Below are positions 50,649-62,000 of a stretch of DNA of 64,000 nucleotides, one piece after another. Under the pieces are notes generated by a model. The model was given only the letters and a program-made list of their open reading frames with translations. It was not told the origin of the DNA and made no database searches. This DNA comes from Phyllosticta citribraziliensis (Eukaryota). The position numbers and the translations under genes are program-made. The DNA is taken from the NCBI RefSeq assembly GCF_038025025.1, contig NW_027117345.1, forward strand, positions 1,674,001 through 1,738,000. Direction: 5' to 3'. The first letter of the stretch is position 1. Each line of letters opens with the position of its first letter.

Positions 50649-52699
50649 GGTCGAGAACCTGCAGCAGGAAACCCACGTTTTGTCTGTCAGAAAAGGCGCT
50701 GTAGCGTTTGCGCCGCTGTCTAAAAATCAAAGCTTTGGCGCGAGTGCGCAGCTATTTGGTTCATATAGAGGGACGATGTCCGCTTCGAGGCGTGCAAGGC
50801 AACAAGACCCTTGTCGACGGGCTCCGAGCGGTGTTCCTTTGGCTGGGGCCGGATTACAGCGCAATTTCTTTATATGGCCCCCAAGGTTGCGCGCGCTGCC
50901 TTCGACAGTCGCATCACAAGCCAATGGTCATATTCTTAAGCTCAGCTGCCCAGGGTGACCTCTAGTCGTAGACCAGTCGAGAAACCCGGTTTTTCGCAAG
51001 CACCCGCATGCTTTCGAGAATCCCGTCGGACATCGATTCCGTTGAGCCTGTGGTTCGACAGTGCAGGCAGCAAAATGGGAAGAAACAGCGGTTTTTCCGT
51101 GGCCAGATGGTGAGAACGTTCGATGGCTCGTACGGCGGCCTTGCTGGAGTTGGCAGGTCAGATGGAGGGCGTGGAGTCAGCTCGCGACGCGTGACGGATG
51201 AGCAGAAGCGTTGGCTGGCTATGATTTGTTCATGCGCCCCATCTCTCGCCCGTAGCGTGGCCAAAGCCACGGGCCCGTCTCCGCTCGGCCCGGGCCTTGT
51301 TTTGGCAGAAATGAGTCGCTGCTTTGCTTCCTTGCAAAGATCAACCAAGTGCCTGACCTGCTGGTCGAGGACGAGGTTCTGAAGCTGTGCACTGTCGCGC
51401 CGTCGTCTCTTGCGCCACAAACATCATCTCTCAATTCTTTTTCCACCAGCCACGTTTTCACGGTTAGGCCGAGGTGCAAATTATCGGCACCATGCCAGAA
51501 AACATTGCATCAGCCCAAAGAGTTAAGCATGAAGGTTTGGCGATCTGCCGCCGTTCACCTCGGCACTTTGCCAACAAATACGACTTTTGTATTCAAGGCC
51601 ATGCGTAAACACCTTGGAACAGCGTATGCAGCTATACCGTTCTTCCACAATGCGCCTCAGGTGAGCAATGATTCCTGGCAATATTTCGTCTTTTAAGCCC
51701 AGCCAAAGCCGACTCGGGGTGCACTGAAGGAGCTTGGGCGAGATTTCACGGCATAGAACCCAAAGATTCATGTACCTGGTTTCACATCGTGACTGTACAC
51801 TCGGTTCAAAGAAAGTGTCGTCATTACGTCATGCCGGCTGCTTCTTTCGAGCCAACAAAGGTCGTGGAATACAAATCTGCAACGTCTCAGTAGGGCCATG
51901 GTCGGGAACGTGTCTGCGTGTCATTCCGGGCACAGCCCAGATCCGGCCAGAGTAAGCATGAACAGCCTTGGCGACGCAGAAAAGCAGGTCATGGATGGGG
52001 ATTCTGACATGAGCCTCCGATGGGGAGGACCATGTGCCTTCTGAGCGGCGTAAAATTCCAACAAATGAAAGGCATTGGCGATGAGATCCGAAAGATTTCT
52101 AAGCCTAGGAATGCGAGATCAGCGCCAAAGAAGAGATGCTCGGACGACGGCAGCGTCTGGCACGCTGCAGGTGTGATTCAGCGCAGTGTGACTGCAATGA
52201 TCCGGGGTGAATGAGAGAGGATCATTCTACACGGCAAACTTCAGGCTTTCCCCGACCCAGCCAGTCGGTTTCGTGCTCAAGAACGTTTGAGGTACAATCT
52301 TTGGAACTCGTCAGCCGAGAATTGGGGATTGCGACGGCCAAAAGCTTGAAAGTCTTACTGCAGGGTTCCTCGCGGGTGTGTCATCACGTCTTCAACCGCC
52401 GCGTGGTCCAGCCAAATATTCGTGTCTCCAAAAGACACGCTCGCCAGGTCACCATCAATACAGTGGCCAGTGTGTTGGCAGTTTGACGCGAGTGCAGCCC
52501 GAAGTCCTCGCGCAAAACACGTCAACGGGTGTTCTGAGATGTTCCGTGCCGAACAGGTGAGATCCGGCCTTGGCGACCGTGAACACGGTGTTTGGTAGTC
52601 TGTGGGACTGAGATTAAGCTCTGTCCCTTTGCCGAAATCGGCCTCTTCTTCCGCGGCTTGGACTTCAGTGAAGCACAAACACGTTTCCAAGGAACAGAG

Positions 52700-53075
52700 G
52701 GTAAAAGTGGCTATCGTCAGTGAGGGCGACGACTGTCGTGTATCCCCGATACGCAGTCACATGCCTCTAGCGGTAGGTCTCGAGGCCACCTGCTCCATTG
52801 CTATTTGCTGCTTGGGCCATGAAGACGAGTAGATGGCTGGCGGGCACTGGTGCCTGCGCTAATGGACCACCAGCATGGCAAGGTGGCATGGAACCACGGC
52901 TACGTAGATGTTGTCGTCGCACATTTTGGCGCCTGGGTGCGAATATCCTTTGCATGGATATCTCCGAGGCGAATCAAAGCGCCCAAAGAAGCCGACTGGC
53001 TCTGAGTGCTCGCGCTCGGAAGGTGATGTTACACCCCCGGAGATTGTTGGGAAACATAGAGGTTCTGGTAACTGG
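52700..53075 (+). pseudogene. Possible frameshifted short-chain dehydrogenase relic
   Basis: Fragments KVAIV / GKVA, RTFWRLGANILCMDIS, EGDVT and LGNIEVLV occur in SDR order but in different frames and with compressed spacing. Confidence 0.25.
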
Positions 53076-53444
53076 AACTGCGGCTCGACAGGGTGGCTGA
53101 GATAGAGTGATTTCAAAATAGGAGCACAGCAGTTGCATGATGCTGGCGCGAGGAGATTCTTCCTGTTGCTGGCGCAGATATTCTGGAATGGCAGTGCAAG
53201 CGCCTGAGCACGTCGGTTTGTGTGGTCGATTTGCCTGTAGTAGACAGCGAAAGCCCCTGAGAAATCTATCCACATGACTGGGACCTTTCAATGCAGCACA
53301 TGTGTCCATAAGCAAGCCAATCAAGGTCCTTGAAATGCGATATGTTGGTTGATGAATGGAAAGAATACAGGTAAGAATGAAGCGGCCACAACACAAATTC
53401 TGGGCTCAAACTCCGTATGAAAGCAAGAAGAGCAAAACGCGAGG

Positions 53445-53873
53445 TCAGGTCCCGCCGCCTTTTTGATTTTTTTCGTCTCTTTTAGTTTCTTTGTGCTTGT
53501 CGCTTAGTCTTTGGTCGAGTGAAGATCCGTAGCCACTATAGCCTCCGTAGCCTCCGTAAGAGCTGGGAGAGCCAGCCAATGATGTGTTTGTTGACGTATT
53601 AGATGATTTACTCGGGCACTGTCGGCACATCTCTGTCACGACTCCCATGCCTTTGCAATTGTTGCAAATAGGGTTGCGGTAGCTGGCAGCTCGAGAATTA
53701 GGACGAAATTGCGTCCGACGGGACGTGAATTGGTGCGCTTACCCTTGAGGGTGCCCTGCACAAGCAGGACATGTAGAGATCAAAAGACCGCCAACGCATG
53801 CGTGGAGACTTGAAGTCGACGTCGGCTGAGGATCCGGTTGATTCCGGGCATTGCTTGCCCACGAGTTGGACAT
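53445..53873 (-). CDS. 122-aa small protein with a DnaJ-like CxxCxGxG zinc finger and a GGY-rich tail, 2 exons
   Basis: Exon 1 53873-53743, 60-nt intron (GTAAGC..CTAAT..CAG), exon 2 53682-53445. HACVGG...CPACAG...CNNCKGMG...CRQC. TATAAAA at 54048-54042. Confidence 0.75.
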
Positions 53874-55581
53874 TTCGAGGATGAATTCGTTTTGAGACTT
53901 TCCCCTAGAATATTGGATGGAGTCTTCGAGGGAAGAAAGTGCTAATGAAAAGCTTTATTCTTCGAGTAGACAGTATAGCACGGTCCTCAAGTAGTCTTGT
54001 TGCAGCTGCGATGGCAATTGATGGTGTAGGATGCATGCTCCTTTTATAGCATGCTGCATGGCCCTAATGCCCATTGAACGGCGCTGCATACCCGCTAGAG
54101 TATGTATGATGAAGTCTCTGGACCACAGACTGGAGACCGAGCGGCGTCAAGGACAGGGCAGCGGCCCGGTCGATTTCTTGGACTCAGACGCAAGATCAGC
54201 GGTATGCGTCAGGTGGACAAGATTGCTAGGGTGACTTGAGTTCTTGCAGATTCATTGTCAACCTTTTCCAAAGCTTGCCGGACCCAGTGGTTGGTAATGT
54301 CCGTCATAGTAAAGCATATCACCAAATTCTGGACGAATGGAAATGCGAACTCGGGGACACAGAAATCGAGGTGTCATAGCCTTCGACACGAGACTTCGCG
54401 GCCGTGCCACCGGGTGTTCTGTGGCAGCTGAGAAGCGGTGCCTTGAGTAAGCAAGATAGTGCTGTAGGGAGAAGTCGGCAGACCAAAGCACATGGCTGAG
54501 TTGGTATCGGGCTCCGAGCATCGTCCAGCGCCGTTGACATGGTGGTACTTGTGTCACCGCCCCACTGTGGCTTTTAGAATTGAGAACGCAAGGATACGCC
54601 CATGCGTTGTCCTCCAGGCCCCAGATTTACAATGCCATGATCAATTTGTTACGCTTTTTGGTTCCTTGCGCAGTAGACACGCAGCAAAGGAATGAAGCGT
54701 GGCGGCTGAAACGATTCTGCAGCGCATGATTTCCTGGTCGCTGTGATACAACTTTCAGAGGTAGCAACGCTTGCGGTCAGCCAGATCCGCCGGCCCGGAA
54801 AGTGGACAGCCAGTTGAATTACGGGTGGAAATGGTATTGTGCGACAAAGAAAAAGGTTGCGAGCTGCGCCGTTGTTTAGTAAGACCTGACAAGCGCATGT
54901 TTCGAGAAATGAATTTTGCAGCTTTTGAACATTCGCAAACGGGTGCTGCATGTCCAAATATCGAAAGCTTTAAGCCTTGGCTGACGTCGCACATGATAAT
55001 TTCGCCTCCGGTAGATATGCCATGCTGGCTCTGAAAGCCTGCCGCAAGGAGACTGACGCTTGGCCTTGATGCCTCCAGATGAGGGATTTTGAACTATCAC
55101 TTTCAACTCTGCTGTGGCGTTTTCCCAGACGAGAAAGATCCTCGGGGTCAAACAGAGAAAGGCGTCCCGTACCGATGCTGTGTACCCAGCAATGGCGCAG
55201 ACGACACGCTCATATTGAAGCATGCAGGTTCCCGACAGAGCGGTGAGCCACAATTCCCACTTGAATCAGGTGAGGAAAGAGAATGGCCACGCAGATGTAC
55301 AGGAAGGCAAATTCCTAAGGCTATCAGACGCGGCGGCATGCTTGTCGTAGACTGCGGTACAGCATAGGGGCCCGTATGCGCCTAGCCGCAGAAGGCTGGC
55401 AAGCCTCGAGTTTGTGATACAGATGACGTACACAGCCCGAAACCCGGACCAAAAAGTTGTCGTTGGATAAGAACCCATTGCTGCCCGGTTACGTGTGAAT
55501 TGGAGAGGTAGCAGAGCCAGGTCTTGGGAAGTGCGCCCACGTCAAGTTTTCTTTACCTCGTGGACAAGGCGCCTTGATATT

Positions 55582-56388
55582 TCACTCCAGTAGTTCAGCC
55601 GGTATGTGGAACTCCTTTTGAATCCTGCCGATTTTCGTCATGAGCTCCTCCAGCTTGATACGATCAGGGTTTGTTGAAGCGCCCATTTCTCCAGGCGGAT
55701 CCATTTTGGGCGGATCCGTATCGATTTCCAATGTCACCTAGGAAGATGGAGACGTCAGCAAGAAGCCAGAGGTAGAGACGACATGGGACAAGCGCCGGAG
55801 AAATATACCGCTTCATCCTCGCAGTGATAATCAACACCTACCGGGCCATCATTGACTAAGGCGACGTCCATCATTGCTTGGAAGATGCCATCTTTGACTT
55901 TGTCTTGGTCGTAAAGCTCTTGGACTTTTTTGAAAAATGAGTTGTAAAGCTCACGGGCTTGGTTCTCTGCCGCGGACCTGTGAAAGCTAGGTTTGTTGCC
56001 CTTTTTTGTGGATGCAAGAAGAGTGAATTGTGAGACACAGAGGATCTCTCCGCCAATGTCGCGGACGTTTTTCTTCCACTGCAGCAGATGCATCAATAAG
56101 GGTTGGAAACGTTGACCATTGCAAGATGGAAATACCTTGCGTTTCTTCTCTTCTGCCGCCTCGTCGTCCCACATTTGCAGCTTCAGGACCTTGTCGGCCA
56201 TCCTTTCGCATTCCTTTGGCGTGTCGTCCTTGCCCACGGCAGCAAAAACAAGCACACCCTTTCCTATGCTAGAAACCAACTTGCCATCGACGGTGACTGA
56301 AGCGCTCTTGACGCGCTGCAAGACGGCTTGAAGAGCATTAGCGGCGGTGCGGGTATGCAACTTTTCGGCAGCAGCGCTCACCCTTCAT
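55582..56388 (-). CDS. DTD1: D-aminoacyl-tRNA deacylase, 4 exons
   Basis: [50 protein letters not shown] (Gly-cisPro motif). Last exon VTLEIDT...IPAELLE*. Confidence 0.93.
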
Positions 56389-56640
56389 TGTGCTTGTTTG
56401 TGTCACGTGTAGAGTAATGCCAGGCGTCTCTCCCTCTCTTAGAGCGGCCAGAGGACAGACGGTTGGACACGGGAAGGGAGCGAGATGGAGGCGGCGTGGT
56501 CAGATTTTGGGCGGCAAGCTGCGCGTATTGGTATCCGTACAGCACAGCGGTGGTGGTCGAGGAGATGGATGGCGGACGGGCACCCAGGAGCACCGACCGG
56601 GATCCTCGCAGGCGCTTGGCGCTCGGGCATGTCCAACGCC

Positions 56641-56654
56641 GCGTCACGTGATGC
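56641..56654. promoter_or_regulatory. Palindromic E-box (GTCACGTG, bHLH/Cbf1-type) in the DTD1/NOT3 bidirectional promoter
   Basis: GCGTCACGTGATGC lies midway between the two ATGs. A second TCACGTG is at 56403. Confidence 0.4.
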
Positions 56655-56884
56655 CATTTCGCCAATCCCGATGGGTAAGGTACCTTGCGTCCCCATGGCG
56701 TTTGTCTCCCCAGACTTCTGATTCCACAACCTCCACAGTCGGCAACTTGCAAAGCGTGTCCAGCTTGCAAGCTCTATCGCGCGCCCGACCCGTTCGCACA
56801 TCCTCTCCCTCGCTCGGCCTCGCTGCACCGCGTCGCCAGGCCCCCGTCTCACGCGCTCGCCCAACGAGGCTGCCCTTCGCGACC

Positions 56885-58971
56885 ATGGCAGCAAGGAAAC
56901 TCGCCCAAGAAATCGACCGATGCTTTAAAAAGGTCGCCGAAGGTGTCGCGGCTTTCGAAAACATCTACGAGAAGCTCCAACAGTCGTCAAATCCCGCACA
57001 AAAGGAAAAACTGGAGGATGCTCTCAAGAAGGAAATCAAGAAGCTGCAGCGCTCGCGCGACCAAATCAAGGCATGGGCAGCTTCAAATGAAATCAAGGAC
57101 AAGAAGCCGCTGCTTGACCAGCGGAAGCTGATCGAGACGGTACGTGACACTCGTCGGAAGCGTCGGCCTGGCAATCGACATTGGAACTAACCTCTGTGCA
57201 GCAAATGGAGAAGTTCAAGGCAGTGGAAAAGGAGATGAAGACCAAGGCATACTCGAAAGAAGGCTTGTCCGCCGCCTCGAAGCTAGATCCCAAGGAGAAA
57301 GAGAAGATGGAAGTGTGCGAGTTCTTATCCAACATGGTCGAGGAGCTCGAGCGACAAATCGAAACCACCGAAGCTGAGTCGGCACATCTCTCAGCGAATA
57401 TCAAGAAAGGCAAGAAGGACACTGCCAAGTCAGAGAGGATAGCGGAGCTCGAGCGCATGACCGAAAGACATCAATGGCACATCAACAAGCTGGAGCTGGT
57501 GCGCCGGTCGTTAGAAAACGATGGCCTCGATGTGGAACAGGTCAAAGATTTGGAGGAGAGCATTCGCTATTACGTCGAAAACAATCAAGAGGTCGACTTC
57601 ATGGAGGATGATTCGATGTACGACGACCTCAACCTGGCAGACGGAGAGGACCTCTTCGGCATGGCGGTCGAAGGGGACAAGGTCTCCTCACAAGACACGC
57701 AGTCAGTCCAGGACAACGAGCCAGACGAGGGAACAAGAAGTGCGCCAGCACCAGTAGGAAAAGGCAAAGCGGTTGGAGAGACTGCTGCGGCGGCTCCGAG
57801 GAGGTCGTCAACACAGCTCAAATCGCCTTTACCGACGTTATCCACTCTGCATACGCCCGCGCCGAGCAATTCAAATGGCGTCAACACGACCAATATGAAA
57901 CCTGCGCCTCTTCCGACAAGAGCTCCAGGAGAACCTCTGAAGTACGCATCAGCTGCTGCTGCTGCTGCTGCAAGCGATAAGAATAGTGTGGGTATCGCAC
58001 CTCTACCTCCGCCGCCAGGAGCCGTCCAAACCACACCTGCTCTCACACATGCCACCGCCGCGAAGTCCAGTGCTGCACCATCTCCTGCAGTGTCTCATGC
58101 CCATCCGGCCACAGTCGCGCAAACAAGCCACCGACCTACAGTCGCCACTGCAGCGAGCAATGACGGCGCCTCGAGTTATCCCATCTCAGCCAAATCTCCA
58201 GCACTCAGCCATTCCAGCGCCGCGGCACCTAGTGCAGAATCCAACAGCGTACCGCCCACCCCTGCACAGGAAAAGAAGACTGCAACGCCAGCCAAAGCTC
58301 CGAAGCAAGCAGAACCATTGGATCGCATCACCAATGGAGAGAAGCATCCACAACAGGATGAGGAGGAGTCAGTATTCCATCTGCCCTCGAGCTTACAAGA
58401 TCTTCTCGAGACATTCGAGGCGACAAAGGGCGACTTCGTGACGTATCCGCAAATTGACGAGCGCTCGTTGGCTGCGTCGGGCGATCAGATGCCCAGTTCC
58501 AATGAAGTTGACAAGCCCCGCCACTACAAGCCTCAGAACCCTTACCCGTACACGCCGAACCACTATCCGCAAGAGCCGCTTGCAATCTTCGACGATCCGA
58601 GGCTGTATCAGCGCCTCGACACCGACTCTCTGTTCTACGCGTTCTACTACCGTCAAGGCACGTACGAGCAATTCCTGGCGGCGAAGGCTCTCAAGTCTCA
58701 AAGTTGGCGCTTCCACAAGCAGTACCAGACATGGTTTCAACGACACGAGGAACCAAAGTCTATTACAGAAGATTATGAGCAGGGCACGTACAGGTTCTTT
58801 GACTACGAGAGCACTTGGTAAGCTACGACCCCACTACCTGCCATCATGTTCTTGAACATAATTCTGCCATATAATCTATTTGCTGTTTTGTATTTGCTGA
58901 CATGCAAAAGGATGAACCGCCGGAAAGCGGACTTCAAGTTTGCGTACAAGTTTCTGGAGGACGACCTCTGA
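56885..58971 (+). CDS. NOT3: CCR4-NOT complex subunit Not3/Not5, 3 exons
   Basis: [41 protein letters not shown]-box [32 protein letters not shown]...[29 protein letters not shown]. Confidence 0.95.
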
Positions 58972-59068
58972 GCTAATGTTGTCTCAGGAGGGTGAACCGC
59001 CGGAAAGCAGACTTCAAGTTTGCGTACAAGTTTCTGGATGATGACCTCTGAGCTGATACTGTCTCAGG
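58909..59068 (+). repeat. 80-bp tandem duplication of the NOT3/5 terminal exon
   Basis: 58911 GATGAACCGCCGGAAAGCGG... recurs at 58991 as GGTGAACCGCCGGAAAGCAG..., with only a few substitutions. Confidence 0.95.
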
Positions 59069-62000
59069 ATGGTCAAGATGGTTGAACAGGGCAAAGAAAC
59101 TCGTCAGTGTTGGTCCCCGGTGTGAAGATCTGAGGAGGATTCACCGCGCCAGCATTTCTTTTTGTTCACACACCACCATTGGTCCCAGGCGGGAACAACA
59201 TGGAGAGCCGTCATAACCGTGTATGAGTTCGTTGATCAGCTTGGTGGTTGCTCTCTCTTTCGTTTCTTGGAGCAGCGATAGTGCACGAATACTCGATCGG
59301 AGCCCTTGCTGATGGAATGTTGGCGCATTGTTAGCACTTCTGAGCCCAATCCCACTGGTTTTATTGTTCCCTCTTGTGTGACTGCACGTTGGCCGACTGT
59401 GCGGCTGGCTTCTATTTCTTGAGGCGATTCCGTGCCAACTGATTAGATCCGCTTTCCAGAAGCATCAGCCACGACATATCAGGGAGGGTCACAGCCTCGT
59501 CTCGGAAGGCTTTGCGCCCTGCCATGCCACCTAGGTTCTGCAGGTTTGCATATCGCTGGTGAGCATCCAAATTCGGTGATCTACGAATGCGTGCTGACAA
59601 GACTTATGTCCGTTTTCGTTTTGATGGGAGATTGAGCATCAAGTGCTGAACGCGACCCATCGCTCGTAGGGTTCAACCTCTTGTGACTTCATACTTTGTT
59701 CTCGGTGGAGACGAATCGGCAGAGGGGCAAGCTCGGTTCCAAAGTATCGGTTGCGCGACGCGAATCCTAAAGCCACAGTTCAGTTGCATCGTCCTGACTG
59801 TCCTTCTCTACAGAAATGCAACTCACTTTGCGACACACCCGATTGGAGAAGCTCAACGGACTGGGTGCGCGAGGATTCAGTGTTTCGGGCCATCCAGCGT
59901 CTCGTCGCTTCACTCGAGACGTTGCCCAGGATAATAAGCTTTCGTCCTCGGTCAAGAAGGGGGGTTGTTCGCTAACCGCGCTGCTGCAGGTATGTCTTGT
60001 TTCGAACAACCCTCCGCGCTTTAGTACAGGGAACCTTGAGGTAACACAACATCTTGCAAATAGGGGCCTTTGTAGCAGATTGAGGCGCCCCTTCACCTGC
60101 AAAGACAACGAAGAGTTCTCAGTACATAAAAAACGATCTGTTTGCCTCTCCAGATTGCATTTTTCCTACTCGCTTTACAGATTCCTTCTTCTCTTCAGCC
60201 TTGCTCAAGAGCCCAAGCATTGCTCTTCGAGGGGCAGGGATTGGAGACTGGGCGCTTAGCCCCAAGTCACTGGAGAAAGAGAAGTCGTCTCAGACATGGG
60301 TCCAGAGAGTCACTGAACTTCGAGAGGGTTGTCGACACTTAAGATGTCTAAGGAGCAAGTCTTGACTTCGAAGAGGAGTCGCAAACGGCCTTGGGAAAGA
60401 GCTTTGGATGCAAGTCACTCCGTTCCTCACATATGGCTAAGCGCCCGGTCAGGTGCATGTGCTCTATGACGCAGAGTCTCCAGGGTTCGTCGTGGCTGCG
60501 AGACGTCCTTGTCTGAACGCCATGCCTCGCCCCCAAGGGCACCTGGGTACTCTCGTCTTCGGTCGAATGCTGCCTCTGGCGTGGAAACACGTATGCCAAC
60601 GTTTCGTTGAGGCATGCTGTTTGTGACAGCGTGGTGGGTACTGGAAGCTTGGATACTGATTCCTCCGGCAAACAGTCTCGCAGCTGGGGGCTGCTCGTCT
60701 TGACCGGAACTTGCAATCGGTATTGTCCCCGGCAGCTCCCCGGAGCTTTGCTGCATACAACAAATCATGAGAGGTCCGCAGCCACACCACTTCCACTCGC
60801 TTCACGAAACTCAGCCGGGTATTTTGGTGATAGGCCCGGGCTGGAGGGTCGTCTTCGTTTTGTTGAGAGCCGGAAACCCCAAGCCGCGTGCTAGGCAACT
60901 GTCGACATTGCGTGTCCCGAGTATGCCTCGACTGACGGCAAAGCGAATCCGCCAGTCGCGACAATTGTCTTGCTCTCGCCGCGGAACATGAGCATGCGCC
61001 ACAGGGCCGGGAATACCGCAGGCTGGCTTCCAGAAGCCATGGCCTACATGGCGTAGCTCTCACAGGCTTTGGTGGCTGAGCTGTCCCCGTACCCCCATCT
61101 CATGAGGGGGCTCAAATCGTATCCGGAATTCCTGCTTCAAGAATATCCAAGTCTTCCGGCCCTTCCTTCGACGCTGTTTCTTGTATCACGGCATGTCCCT
61201 CTTGAGTGAACTCGTAGCCTGGCTGGTCCTCGGAGGTTGAGGCCGTCCGCGGCTTGTTTCTGATGTCGGCGCTCGCGGTGGAAGGCAGACAGACTTTCTG
61301 GAACTCGGACCGCATGCGTCCCCTAATACCGGCATGTCGGTTCCGCGCGTCTGCGCAGCTGATATCCAATCGCTCTACTCCAAGATGGAGCAAGGAAGGC
61401 ATTCGTCGGTCTTGCGCGAGCCCTCCCTGGAGGACCTCTACCGTCCACCCGGGCTTCACTCCAAGTTTTGGTGGCGTTGAACATCTCGAGGCACATCAAC
61501 GACAACTACGTGTCACTATGAGTACGAGTCTTTCGACACTCCGCCCGGTCGCTCCGCCAGACTTCGACCCATGCAACCAATCCCCATGGAGAAGTGCTCT
61601 GGCACCTGGGTAGCCGTTTCTGCGGCCTCTCGACCGTGTGGCTCTGGCCTCTGACCTCACCCAATACGCTTTCGTCTTTTTGAGGAGAGCGAGGGGCTGT
61701 ACCGGTGCCGTCCGATGTACCTGGCCAGCTAGCTGGTCTGACCAAGAAACCACCATGCAAACGTCTTACGTCGATTCACACCGCTACTCAACCCTATCAA
61801 TCAAAGGCTTTGTTAGAGTTCCGGGGATGTCTTTGTGGGGCCCCTTTGACGTCTGTTGTGGCGAGCCATGCTGAGTGTTGAGGCGCATCCCGTGGCACTG
61901 ACCTCTGCTGAAGTCTGTCGGTCAGCTAGAGTGATTGGACCAAGGTAGTTTCTTCGACTGCTTAAGAAGGTACTCGCAAGTGTCTCTCTTCACAATCCCA

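Noticed and set aside
52602..52832. GDDC motif suggesting a GH28 polygalacturonase relic
   Set aside because: The NTD, GHG and RIK motifs are missing; the context fits an SDR-like relic or chance equally well.
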